Shown here: positions 53,822 through 62,793 of the stretch, piece after piece
Layout of the letters: each line of letters begins with the position of its first letter
Numbering within the stretch: the stretch's first letter is position 1
DNA from: an uncultured Thermoleophilia bacterium
Lineage (GTDB): Bacteria > Actinomycetota > Thermoleophilia > Gaiellales > Gaiellaceae
Direction: 5' to 3'
Assembly: GCA_963711785.1 (NCBI GenBank)
Contig: CAVQFF010000008.1
Location: 158,672-222,671 of the forward strand
Length of the DNA: 64,000 bases
Program-made: the position numbers and the translations under genes
The notes under the pieces: generated by a model
What the model was told of the DNA's origin: nothing
Seen by the model: only the letters and a program-made list of their open reading frames with translations
Databases searched by the model: none

Positions 53822-56652
53822 CCCGAGATCGTCAGCGCATCGCGCGCAATGCGGTCTTGCTCGATCAGATGAGCGGTCGGGTAGCCCTCGGATGGGCTCG
53901 CCCGCCACGTCCGGCCGATGTACCGCAACGGCGCGGCGCCTGAGGCTTCCTCGAGCCTGTGACGGATCGACCGCCACGGCCCCATGTTCTGCGGCTCTTC
54001 CTGCGCCCACACGACCTCGGCCAGCGCGGGATATGACGCGACGAGGGCCGCGACCGCGTCCGTCGGGAACGGGTAAAGCTGCTCGATGCGGGCGACAGCG
54101 ACCGCGCCGGCTCCCGCATGAGCTTCGTGGCCGACGATGTCGTAGTAGACCTTGCCGCTGCAGAGCACGAGCCTCCGCACAGCTTCCTTGTCGGTGCGCT
54201 CGTCGTCGATCACCGGCTGGAACCCACCGGCCGAGAGCTCGGCGAGCGTCGACGTCGCATCTTTCAACCGCAGCAGGCCCTTGGGAGTGACGACGACGAG
54301 CGGCCGGGCCGTCGCGTCGAGGGCCTGGCGCCGCAAGAGGTGAAAGTACTGGGCCGCCGTCGTGCAGTTGACGATCCGAAGGTTTTCCTGCGCTCCGAGC
54401 TGCAGGAAGCGCTCGAGCCGCGCGCTCGAGTGCTCGGGCCCGTTCCCCTCGTACCCGTGTGGGAGCAGCAGCGACAGGCGAGACGTCTCGCGCCACTTCG
54501 ACATGGCGGACGAGATGAACTGGTCGATCACGATCTGCGCGCCGTTTGCGAAGTCGCCGTACTGCGCCTCCCAGAGGACGAGCGCCTCGGGGGCGGCCAC
54601 CGAGTAGCCGTACTCGAATCCCACGCACGCATACTCGGAGAGCGGCGAGTTGTAGACCTCGAACGACGCCGCTGCATCGTCGAGGTGCTGCATCGGCGTG
54701 TACGTCTCGCCGGTGTTCACGTCGTGCAGGACGAGGTGGCGCTGCGCGAACGTCCCGCGCTGCACGTCCTGGCCCGTGAGCCGCACCGGGATGCCGTCGA
54801 CGAGCAGTGACGCGTAGGCAAGGGACTCCGCGTGACCCCAGTCGATGCCGCCCTCGTCCATGGCGGTGCGCCGCCGCTCCAGCTGGCGGGCGAGCTTGGG
54901 GTGCACACTGAATTCGTCGGGCGTCGCGAGCAGCGCCTCGTTGAGCTCCACGAGCGTGTCCGCCGAGACCGCCGTGAGCGCCTCGCTGCCGGTCGAGCGC
55001 GGGATCGCACCGTCGTGCTCCTCGCTCGCGCCGAAGGATGCCTTCAGCCGGTCATGCGCCTCGCGCAGCATCTGTTCGACCGCGGAGACCAACGATGCCG
55101 CCTCGTCCTGCGTCAGCACGCCTTCTTCGATCAGCTGCTCCTCGTAGAGCTCCCGCACCGACGGATGCGCGTTGATCTGCTCGACCATCAGCGGCTGGGT
55201 GTACGCGGCTTCGTCCTGCTCGTTGTGACCGAACCGCCGATAGCCGACGAGGTCGATGACGACGTCCTGGCCGAAGCGGCGCCGATAGGCCAGCGAAAGT
55301 CGTGTCGCAGAGATCGAGGCCTCCGGATCGTCGGCGTTGACGTGGATGATCGGAACATCGAAGCCCTTGGCAAGATCGGACGAATAGCGGGTCGAACGGC
55401 CCTCGTTCGGATCGGTCGTGAAGCCGACCTGGTTGTTCGTGATCAGGTGCAGCGTGCCGCCGGTCGAATAGCCCTCGAGGCCGTGCAGGTTGAACGTCTC
55501 AGCGACGATTCCCTGTCCCGCGAAAGCCGCGTCGCCGTGCAGCAGCACCGGCAGCGCCACGGACGGGTCGTGAGCGCCGTTTCGCGTCGCGCGGTCGGTC
55601 TGCGCGGCGCGCGTGCGGCCCTCCACGACCGGGTCGACGGCCTCCAGATGGCTCGGGTTCGCGACGAGGCGAACGCCGACCTGGCCGTTCGATGTCGTGC
55701 GTGTTCCGTTCGCCGCGAGGTGGTACTTCACGTCGCCGGTTCCCCCTTCCGGGTCGACGGCAACCGCCTCGATCGTCCGCTCGCCCTCGAACTCGCGGAG
55801 GATGTACTCGTACGGCATCCCGATGGTGTGCGCGAGCACGTTCAAACGACCGCGATGCGCCATGCCGAGGACGACCTCGTGTGCGCCGGCCTCGGACGCA
55901 AGCTCGATCGTCTCGTCTAGCATCGGGATCATCACGTCGAGCCCTTCGAGCGAGAACTGCTTCTGCCCGAGGAAGCGTTTGCGCAGGAAGCGCTCCATCC
56001 CCTCCACCTCGCAGAGGCGGCGGAACAACGCCTTCTTCTCCTCGGCGGCGAGAGGCTGCCGATACCGGCCGGACTCGATCGCCTGGCGGAGCCAGACGCG
56101 CTGCTGGTGATCCGAGAGATGCTCGAGCTCGTACGCGATCGTGCCGCAGTACGTCTCACCGAGCTGAGGCAGAACGTCCGCGAGCGTCTCGCCTTCGACG
56201 TGCACCCGCAGGACGGACGCGGGGATCCGCGCCTGCAGCTCCGGCGTGAGCTTCGGCTCGAGCCGCAACGGCTCGAGCGACGGGTCGCCGACGGGCTCGG
56301 ACCCGAGCGGATCGAGCCGTGCGGCGAGGTGGCCGTGTGTGCGGTGCGCCTTGACGAGCGCCATCGCCGCCGCGACGCCACCGAGCAGCTGCGGGTCAGG
56401 CACGGCGTCAGCGACCGCAACCGCAACCGGTGCCGCGTCAAGGCGCTCGGTGTGGCCGTTCCCCTCAGGCGCTGCGGCCGGCAGGGCCTCGAGGAGGCGT
56501 GCGATCCCCGGATGGGTCGCGACCAGGCCGGATTCCCCGCTCTCGAAGAGCGCGCGCCACTCCGACGGCACCGCCTCGGGATTCTCGAGGTACTCGTCGA
56601 GCAGTGCGCGCGCGTAGCCGGCGTTCAGGCCGTCGACGTCGTGCGTGCTCAC
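53818..56652 (-). CDS. sucA: 2-oxoglutarate dehydrogenase E1 component
   Basis: LNAGYARALLDEYLENPEAVPSEWRALF, RFLGQKQFSLEGLD, GMAHRGRLNVL and HGDAAFAGQG match SucA. The start is placed at GTG 56652 (944 aa). The track ORF extends to ATG 56823, and that extension has somewhat lower GC3. Confidence 0.9.
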   Translation of the reverse strand: MSTHDVDGLNAGYARALLDEYLENPEAVPSEWRALFESGESGLVATHPGIARLLEALPAAAPEGNGHTERLDAAPVAVAVADAVPDPQLLGGVAAAMALVKAHRTHGHLAARLDPLGSEPVGDPSLEPLRLEPKLTPELQARIPASVLRVHVEGETLADVLPQLGETYCGTIAYELEHLSDHQQRVWLRQAIESGRYRQPLAAEEKKALFRRLCEVEGMERFLRKRFLGQKQFSLEGLDVMIPMLDETIELASEAGAHEVVLGMAHRGRLNVLAHTIGMPYEYILREFEGERTIEAVAVDPEGGTGDVKYHLAANGTRTTSNGQVGVRLVANPSHLEAVDPVVEGRTRAAQTDRATRNGAHDPSVALPVLLHGDAAFAGQGIVAETFNLHGLEGYSTGGTLHLITNNQVGFTTDPNEGRSTRYSSDLAKGFDVPIIHVNADDPEASISATRLSLAYRRRFGQDVVIDLVGYRRFGHNEQDEAAYTQPLMVEQINAHPSVRELYEEQLIEEGVLTQDEAASLVSAVEQMLREAHDRLKASFGASEEHDGAIPRSTGSEALTAVSADTLVELNEALLATPDEFSVHPKLARQLERRRTAMDEGGIDWGHAESLAYASLLVDGIPVRLTGQDVQRGTFAQRHLVLHDVNTGETYTPMQHLDDAAASFEVYNSPLSEYACVGFEYGYSVAAPEALVLWEAQYGDFANGAQIVIDQFISSAMSKWRETSRLSLLLPHGYEGNGPEHSSARLERFLQLGAQENLRIVNCTTAAQYFHLLRRQALDATARPLVVVTPKGLLRLKDATSTLAELSAGGFQPVIDDERTDKEAVRRLVLCSGKVYYDIVGHEAHAGAGAVAVARIEQLYPFPTDAVAALVASYPALAEVVWAQEEPQNMGPWRSIRHRLEEASGAAPLRYIGRTWRASPSEGYPTAHLIEQDRIARDALTISG

Positions 56653-56884
56653 CCTTGTGTTGTACCAGGTGGCTGCCCGAAAGCCTCCTCCGGCGGGGTG
56701 TGCCACGATCGCTGTCACCGTGCCGTTTTCCGCGTCGTCGACAAGGCCAGCGAGCACCTCGTCGAACGGATTCGAGGCCGGTTTCCCGCGCTGACCGCCC
56801 GACAATGCGGCGCGCAGCATCACTTCGGCCTCGATCCGCCCGCAAGGTTAACTCGCACGGGTCGGCGAGTCCTGGGAAATGCCC

Positions 56885-57562
56885 TCAGAGCTCTGCGCTG
56901 TCGGGGCCGGGCAGGACGAGCCCGGTCTCGTAGGCCACGATCACGGCCTGGGAGCGGTCGCGCAAGTGCAGCTTGGCGAAGATCCGGCTGACGTGGGTCT
57001 TGACGGTGTTCTCGCCGAGCACCAGCTCGGCGGCGATCTCGGCGTTCGAGTGTCCGCGGGCGATCAGGCGCAGGACCTCGACCTCGCGCGCGGTGAGGTC
57101 GCGAGACGCTCGCGAGTCGGCCGCATCGAGAGGGCGCTCGCCGGCCGCGAACCGCTCGACGAGACGCCGGGTGATCGTGGGCGCGAGCAGCGCCTCGCCA
57201 GCAGCGGCTACCCGGATCGCATCCAGCAGACGGTCGGCGGGCGCATCCTTCAGCAGGAAGCCGCTCGCTCCGAGGCGCAGCGCCTCGTAGACATAGCGCT
57301 GGACGTCGAAGGTCGTGAGCATGACCACCGCCGCGGTCGACTCGGGGTCGCCGAGGATCTGCTCGGCGGCGCGCAGGCCGTCGAGACCGGGCATGCGGAT
57401 GTCCATCAGGACGACGTCTGGCCGTCGGCGGTGGACGACATCGATCGCCGCGAAGCCGTCCGCCGCCTCGCCCACGACGCGGAGGTCAGGCTCGGCGTCG
57501 ATGATCACGCGGAAGCCGGAGCGCAGGAGCTCCTGGTCGTCTGCGATCACGACAGTCGTCAC
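56885..57562 (-). CDS. NarL/LuxR-family response regulator
   Basis: The start is taken at GTG 57562. VVIADDQELLRSGFRVII...DVVLMDIRMPGLDG is a receiver domain. LTAREVEVLRLIARGHSNAEIAAELVLGENTVKTHVSRIFAKL is an HTH. Confidence 0.85.
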   Translation of the reverse strand: MTTVVIADDQELLRSGFRVIIDAEPDLRVVGEAADGFAAIDVVHRRRPDVVLMDIRMPGLDGLRAAEQILGDPESTAAVVMLTTFDVQRYVYEALRLGASGFLLKDAPADRLLDAIRVAAAGEALLAPTITRRLVERFAAGERPLDAADSRASRDLTAREVEVLRLIARGHSNAEIAAELVLGENTVKTHVSRIFAKLHLRDRSQAVIVAYETGLVLPGPDSAEL

Positions 57563-57983
57563 TGCGCGGCCGGTCGGCTCGTCGCGCGCGCGCCCGGCAG
57601 CGAAGACGGCACCGTTCGACGTAACTCGGCGACACGGACTCCGCCGGCGGGTTGCAGGAGAGCCGCCACGGCGGCCCGGCGAGGTGTGCGACCGCCTCGG
57701 TAACGAGCGCCTGCCCCGGCTCGGCCGCCGCGCAGATCCGCTCGGCGACGTCGAGGGCGACGGACGGCTCCCCAGCGTCGACCCCAACGCGGACTGCGGG
57801 CGCGCCGTCCAGGTCGACAAGCGCGGCGGCGGCGCGGACGGCATCCGCGGGCACGGCGAAAGCGGCGACGATCCGATCGGTGGACAGCAGCTCGCCGTCG
57901 TGCAGGGCGATTGCGTTCTCCGGCCCGGTTCTGGGGTCGGCGGCGACGAGGATCGTCTGGATCGCGCTCATGGGCGCAATCAT
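57486..57983 (-). CDS. Degenerate class-III cyclase-homology-like domain protein; true 3' end uncertain (probable frameshift)
   Basis: MSAIQTILVAADPRTG...RIVAAFAVPADAVRAAAALVDL...VRVGVDAGEP...VAERICAAAEPGQALVTEAV resembles a truncated cyclase-homology domain. After about 57615 the ORF becomes Arg-rich out-of-frame sequence overlapping the response regulator gene by 77 nt. Confidence 0.4.
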   Translation of the reverse strand: MIAPMSAIQTILVAADPRTGPENAIALHDGELLSTDRIVAAFAVPADAVRAAAALVDLDGAPAVRVGVDAGEPSVALDVAERICAAAEPGQALVTEAVAHLAGPPWRLSCNPPAESVSPSYVERCRLRCRARARRADRPRSDDCRDRRRPGAPALRLPRDHRRRA

Positions 57984-58123
57984 CGCGCTGAACCGGCGCC
58001 TCCGTCGTCAGACCACGGGGTGAGGCGTCGTCGAGAAGTCGTCCCACGCGGTGACGACGCTGCACTCGACACCGGCGAAGGTGGCTTGCATCTGTTCCTT
58101 GTCACGAAAGGAGTGAGATCGAA

Positions 58124-59257
58124 ATGATGTCGTTCATGTTCACCAAAGGCCCGCCCATCGCACGTCGCGATGTCGCCATCACCGTGCTCTTCGCCGTTCT
58201 CGGCGTGATCTTCATCGGCTGGGGGCAGGACAACGGCCTCGGCGCCGGGTCGACCGCGGGCAAGCTGCTGATGGGCCTGTCCATCCTCCCCGCCGTGATC
58301 CCGGTGCTGTGGCGTCGCCGGGCGCCGCTCGCCGCCGCGGCCGGCACGTTGATCGGCACGGCGATTCACGTCGCCGCGTACGGCACGATCGGCCGCTGCG
58401 GGCTGCTCTTGCCGTTGTTCTTCGTCGAGGCGTTCTCCGTCGGCGCCTGGCTCGATCGTCGCAGGTCTCTGGTCGGGCTTGGGATTGTGCTCGGGTCCGG
58501 CGTGGTCTGCCTCTCGGCCGACTCGTCGGCCGGCTGGAGCGGGCTCACCATCTCGGTGCCGGTGAGCATTGCGGTCTGGTTCATCGGGCGTGTCGTCCGG
58601 TCGCGCGCACGCCTGGCGGCGCGTCTGAGCGAACGCAACGTGCAGCTGAGCGCGCAGCGTGAGGCAAATGCGCGACTGCAGGTGGAGAGCGAGCGCGTAC
58701 GTCTCTCCGCCGAGCTCGATGCGCTCCTGCGCACGCGCCTGTCCGAGCTGACGAAGCTCGCGGAGGCCGGGGCCGACGGAGACGACGCCGGTGAGGCGTT
58801 CGCGCGCATCGAGGCCGAGAGCCGAGCCACCCTGGAGCAGATGCGTGCGGTTGTCGGGCTGCTGCGGGAGGGCGACGACGCCGGCATCGAGCCGCAGCCC
58901 ACGCTCGCACACCTCGATGCTCTCATCGTCAGTGAGAAGGGCGTCGACGCCCAGTTGACCGTCGCCGGGGAGCCGCGCGTCCTGCCGGCCGGGCTGGAGC
59001 TGTCGGCGTATCGCGTCGTCGAACACCTGCTCCGGGCAACAGGCGACGCGCCGGGCGTACAGGTCCATGTCGACTTCCAGGCGGACGCGGTCGCAATGAC
59101 CGTGAGCGGGCCCGCCCGTGGAAGCCGCCGCCAGACCGAGACGGCGCTCGACCGGGCGCGCGAGCGGCTGGCGCTGCACCACGGCAGCCTGAAGGCCGAG
59201 ACCGCAGCCGGGCGTACCCGCGTGACGGCCGACCTGCCGGTGCTCGTGCCCGCATGA
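58124..59257 (+). CDS. HisKA_3-type sensor kinase paralogue lacking the phospho-acceptor His and ATP-lid motifs (pseudokinase)
   Basis: 377 aa with about 5 TM helices. The H-box position reads ERVRLSAELDALLRTRLS (Asp where His is expected). The N-box Asn and the GxGxG motif are absent (VVEHLLRATGD, ALDRARERLALHHGSL). Confidence 0.7.
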   Translation: MMSFMFTKGPPIARRDVAITVLFAVLGVIFIGWGQDNGLGAGSTAGKLLMGLSILPAVIPVLWRRRAPLAAAAGTLIGTAIHVAAYGTIGRCGLLLPLFFVEAFSVGAWLDRRRSLVGLGIVLGSGVVCLSADSSAGWSGLTISVPVSIAVWFIGRVVRSRARLAARLSERNVQLSAQREANARLQVESERVRLSAELDALLRTRLSELTKLAEAGADGDDAGEAFARIEAESRATLEQMRAVVGLLREGDDAGIEPQPTLAHLDALIVSEKGVDAQLTVAGEPRVLPAGLELSAYRVVEHLLRATGDAPGVQVHVDFQADAVAMTVSGPARGSRRQTETALDRARERLALHHGSLKAETAAGRTRVTADLPVLVPA

Positions 59258-60251
59258 TCCGTCGCGCCGGGTCGCCGTGGGTGGTGCTGGGCTCGGCGGC
59301 CGGCGTCTTCATCGTGCTCGTGGCGGAGGCCCTCGCCGGGCGGGAGATCGGCTGGATCATGCTCGCCCTGCCTGTCGTTGCGTTCCTGGCCGGCCGCGCG
59401 CCCGCGCGGCCGGCCGGCGCGTTGCCGTCGGTCTTCTGCTGGCGGGGATCGTCCTCTCTCAGCTGATCGCGTTCGACAACGGCTCGATCGTGCCGGAGCT
59501 GATGCTTCCGATCACCTTCTATCTCGCCGGTCTTGCGCTGCGCAGCCGTGAGGCGGTCGCTGCCCGACTCGGTGAACAGGCGGCGGAGCTCGAAGCCGAG
59601 CGCGACGCCTACGCCCGTCTTTCGATTCGGTACGAGCGCGCGCGCATCGCCGCGGAGCTGCACGACGTCGTCGCACATGCAATCTCGACGATGGTCGTGC
59701 AGGCAAGCGCGGGCCAGCGGCTCGCGGTTCGTGAGCCTGCCCGCGTTGCGGATACGTTCGAAGTGATCGCGACGGCATCGCGTCAGGCAGAGGCCGACCT
59801 CGACCATCTTGCCGACCTGCTCGCCCACGACGTTTCCGCGGACAACGGCGCACATCTCGGCTTGGTCCGCGAGATCATCGACACCGCACGCGCCTCAGGC
59901 CTCCCGATCACTCTGCGCATGTCCGGGGATGCCTCCGAGGTCTCGGGGGCGAATGCACACGTGGCACTGCGGTTCGTCCAGGAAGGGCTGACGAACGCGC
60001 TGCGCTACGCGCCCGGCGCAGCCGTCGACGTGACCGTCGATGCGCGTCCAGGCGTCCTGGAGCTCGCCATCGTCAACGGCGGGTCATCTGCCCCTGCCCG
60101 TCTCGGACTCGGCTCGGGGCGCGGGCTGACGGGGCTGCGCGAGCGCCTGGGCGCCTGCGGGGGGACCCTTCGGGCCGGCCCCGACGGCGAGAACGGTTGG
60201 AGCATGCGCGCGTGGATCCCCGCCGCTCCTCCATCGCGAAGTGTGGCCTGA
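59254..60251 (+). CDS. HisKA_3-type sensor histidine kinase (canonical motifs), with the frame broken in the TM region
   Basis: The N-terminus MIRRAGSPWVVLGSAAGVFIVLVAEAL...VVAFLAGRAP is in the frame of track ORF 59254..59466. The rest (VAVGLLLAGIVLSQ...ERARIAAELHDVVAHAIS...QEGLTNALRYA...GSGRGLTGLRERL) is in the frame of track ORF 59277..60251. The span is 998 nt (3n+2). The switch is at about 59395-59420. Its ATG overlaps the upstream stop (ATGA). Confidence 0.8.
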
Positions 60252-60337
60252 CGGCGCTATCCAAGACCTGCTCGCGAAGGCCCCAGTGGCCCTAGCGGGC
60301 TGTTGTACCAGGGGAGCGCCGGCTGTCCTGCCTCGTC

Positions 60338-60598
60338 CTAGTAGAGCGGATGGTGCGTGAGCACCTGAATGGCCGCGCCGACGACGAAACCGATCCCCAC
60401 CGCTGCGTAGGCCACCTTGATCAGGCCTTGCTGCTCGCGGCTCATGATCGTTGCGGCGACCAGCATGATCAACGCGGCGGGTGCAAGCCGGAACGGCCGG
60501 TAGAGGAGCTCGAACCCGCCGAGGAACAGCGCGCCTGCGGCGAGCAGGCCTGCGACCGCTTCGGCTGGGCGCGGGCGATCGTCTGTCGTCGAGCTCAC
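60338..60598 (-). CDS. Hypothetical small membrane protein (86 aa)
   Basis: Three predicted TM helices, high GC3, and a 4-nt overlap with the upstream small membrane protein gene. Confidence 0.55.
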   Translation of the reverse strand: MSSTTDDRPRPAEAVAGLLAAGALFLGGFELLYRPFRLAPAALIMLVAATIMSREQQGLIKVAYAAVGIGFVVGAAIQVLTHHPLY

Positions 60599-60846
60599 GG
60601 CGCGACTCTATCCCGGCGCGCCCGCTCGACGCGGATCGAGTCGCGGGTCCCGTGCGGCCCACCCCGCCTCGGGCGGGGGCCGGCATCCGACGGGCGCCGC
60701 CACGGACGCCAGACGGAGTACTCGGTCGGGTCGACGCCCGGCTCCGGCTCGGCGCGGATCGCATACCAGACGACGAGACCCAGATAGATGATCGGGATCT
60801 TCAGGATCAGCATCATGAAGACGAGCTCCCAGGCTTGACCCGACAT
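60595..60846 (-). CDS. Hypothetical small membrane protein (83 aa)
   Basis: MSGQAWELVFMMLILKIPIIYLGLVVWYAI forms a single TM helix, followed by a Pro/Arg-rich tail. Confidence 0.5.
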   Translation of the reverse strand: MSGQAWELVFMMLILKIPIIYLGLVVWYAIRAEPEPGVDPTEYSVWRPWRRPSDAGPRPRRGGPHGTRDSIRVERARRDRVAP

Positions 60847-60895
60847 TCACGAAGTGTAGGAAACCAACAGGTCCTTCGGCGAGCGCACCTCGACC

Positions 60896-61708
60896 TTAAT
60901 AGAGGGCATAGCTCGACGGGGCAAGCGCGGCGGGCGGTTCGACGCCCCGCGAAAGCAGGAGCAGCCCCGGAACCGGCGCCAGACGCAGGCGGGCGGCCAG
61001 GGCGACCTCGACGAGCAGACGGGCCGAGCCGGGGATGCGAACACGCACCTTTCCGGCCGCGGCGGCAAGCTCGCCGGCAAGCGCCGCGGCTGCCGCGGCC
61101 GGCGTCTCGCCGGCCACCGGCCCGATCTCCCCGTCCGGGAACGCATAGGAGTAGGCGTCTCGCCACTCCGTTCGACGGGCGTGGCGGGACCAGTGAAGGT
61201 GATCGACCTCGCGGTCGAACCCGTAGGCAAGCTCGTCGATCCGGCCGAGGTCGGCGGCACCCCGCTCGAGGAGAGGTTCGTCGATCTGCGGGCGGCCCTG
61301 GAACGTCAGCAGGGGCGTCGCCGGCACGAGCCCCCGGCCTCCGTAGAGCGCGTTGGAAATGGGCTGGATCGCGTCGGTCATCGTCCGCCGGCGGCTCGCC
61401 GGGGTCCAGACCGCGTCGAGCAACGCGCTGCCGAGGCCTCGGCCGTGGGCCGCCGGATCGACGAAGAGCGAGGCGAGGAACCAATCCTCGCCCCGTGCCC
61501 AGGAGGATCCGTAGCCGAGGACGCGTCCGTCCGTCTCGGCGACGACAGAGGTCCCGGTGCGCAGTATGTGCCCCTGCAGATTCGAGAACGTCTCGAGGCT
61601 CGGGGCCGGCGGCTCGAAGCCGTGCGGAAGGAAGACACTTCCGATCGCGTCGAGGAAGATCGCATGGAGTGCCGGCAAGTCGCCGTCGGTCGTGGGGCGA
61701 AGCTCCAC
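60896..61708 (-). CDS. GNAT-family N-acetyltransferase (two-domain, about 270 aa)
   Basis: LRPTTDGDLPALHAIF...LFVDPAAHGRGLGSALLDAV is a motif A. The start is GTG. Confidence 0.8.
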   Translation of the reverse strand: MELRPTTDGDLPALHAIFLDAIGSVFLPHGFEPPAPSLETFSNLQGHILRTGTSVVAETDGRVLGYGSSWARGEDWFLASLFVDPAAHGRGLGSALLDAVWTPASRRRTMTDAIQPISNALYGGRGLVPATPLLTFQGRPQIDEPLLERGAADLGRIDELAYGFDREVDHLHWSRHARRTEWRDAYSYAFPDGEIGPVAGETPAAAAAALAGELAAAAGKVRVRIPGSARLLVEVALAARLRLAPVPGLLLLSRGVEPPAALAPSSYALY

Positions 61709-61724
61709 GACCCGCGACGATACG

Positions 61725-61814
61725 TCAGTGCAGCGTGGCGCGAATCACGAAGTTGAGGGCGAGGCCGAGCAGGAGCCAGACCATCACCGTCACGATGAGC
61801 CGCCTCCGCCGCAT
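61725..61814 (-). CDS. Candidate 29-aa TM micro-ORF
   Basis: Not in the track. It reads MRRRRLIVTVMVWLLLGLALNFVIRATLH. 28 of 29 third codon positions are G or C. Its ATG directly follows the TAG of the upstream secreted-protein gene. Confidence 0.3.
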   Translation of the reverse strand: MRRRRLIVTVMVWLLLGLALNFVIRATLH

Positions 61815-62234
61815 CTAGCCGGCCGGCACCGTGAGGGTGAGGGTGTCGCTGTTCGTGACGAACGGTAGCGTCGTGACGGTCCAGGTCACGTGCCCTTCGA
61901 ACGTGGCCGAGGTGAATCCCACCCCGCCTCCGGTCTGCCAGGCGGGACCGATGTGGCACGAAACGAGCCCGTTCGTGTCGCAGCCGTGGGCCGCGAGCGA
62001 CACGCTCGTGATGACGCCGTAGTGCTTGCAGTAGTTCACCACCAGGAAGTGCCTGATGTGGGCGAGGGGCCCCGCGCTGCCGGAATGCGAGGTGGTGATC
62101 TGTGTGCAACCCGTCCAACCGCCGTTGTTGTCGCACTGCGGGCCGCACGCCACCGGCGGCCCCGTCTTGCCGGCGGCCACCGCCGGGACGGCCAATACAG
62201 CTGCGAGCCCGAGCACGAGCAGAACCTTGCGCAC
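61815..62234 (-). CDS. Secreted Cys-rich hypothetical protein (139 aa)
   Basis: The start is taken at GTG 62234 with the SD GGAAGGAGGAAAAC. The signal peptide is VRKVLLVLGLAAVLAVPAVAAG, and the mature part contains six Cys. Confidence 0.6.
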   Translation of the reverse strand: MRKVLLVLGLAAVLAVPAVAAGKTGPPVACGPQCDNNGGWTGCTQITTSHSGSAGPLAHIRHFLVVNYCKHYGVITSVSLAAHGCDTNGLVSCHIGPAWQTGGGVGFTSATFEGHVTWTVTTLPFVTNSDTLTLTVPAG

Positions 62235-62322
62235 GTTTTCCTCCTTCCGTTGTCTTTGACGACAACGGTACGGTGAGCGGGCGCACGTGTCTGTGCAGAA
62301 TTCGTGCCGATAGCGTGCCGTT

Positions 62323-62793
62323 GTGGACCGCGATGCGCCAGTGGTGCAAATGGACGAGTCCGAAACCGACATGGTGCGGGCACTCCTGCGCGCCTACGCG
62401 GAGTCACTTCCATTCGAGCTCGATTTCCAGGGTTTCGAGCGCGAGCTCGCGGAGCTGCCAGGCGCCTACGCGCCACCACGCGGCGCCCTGCTCGTTGCAC
62501 ACGGCGACGGGCGGCTCACCGGCTGCGTTGCGCTACGACCGCTCGCGGGTGACGTGTGCGAGATGAAGCGGCTCTTCGTGCTCCCCACCGCCCGCGGCAC
62601 AGGCCTCGGGCGGCGGCTCGCGACGGCAGTCGTCGCCGAGGCGCGACGTCTCGGCTATGCCCGGATGCGACTCGACACGACTCCGGACATGGCGATCGCG
62701 CAGGCGCTCTACGACGAGCTCGGGTTCGAGGAGATAGCGCCGTACAGGCACAACCCGGTGGCCGGAACGAGGTTCCTCGAGCTACAGCTCTGA
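62323..62793 (+). CDS. GNAT-family N-acetyltransferase
   Basis: CEMKRLFVLPTARGTGLGRRLATAVVAEARRLGYARMRLDT and ALYDELGFEEI match the family. Confidence 0.85.
   Translation: MDRDAPVVQMDESETDMVRALLRAYAESLPFELDFQGFERELAELPGAYAPPRGALLVAHGDGRLTGCVALRPLAGDVCEMKRLFVLPTARGTGLGRRLATAVVAEARRLGYARMRLDTTPDMAIAQALYDELGFEEIAPYRHNPVAGTRFLELQL

Noticed and set aside
52650-54290. 546-aa + strand ORF and 305/431-aa minus-strand ORFs across the low-complexity region and the sucA 3' end
   Set aside because: They are Arg/Pro/Gly-rich readings of repeat DNA and of sucA antisense. Only short parts (53634..53733) look coding, and these are discussed separately.
56653-56884. 232-nt region upstream of sucA as a riboswitch or leader, or as a 57-aa N-terminal extension (ATG 56823)
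   Set aside because: I saw no recognisable riboswitch core. The extension has lower GC3 than the gene body, and the SucA N-terminal consensus (LNAGY..LL..YL..P..V...W) begins right after GTG 56652. It is kept only as an alternative start.
57980-59182. 400-aa minus-strand ORF opposite the first sensor-kinase paralogue
   Set aside because: It is an antisense shadow with Arg/Asp/Gly bias, whereas the + strand shows TM helices and a HisKA_3-like helix.
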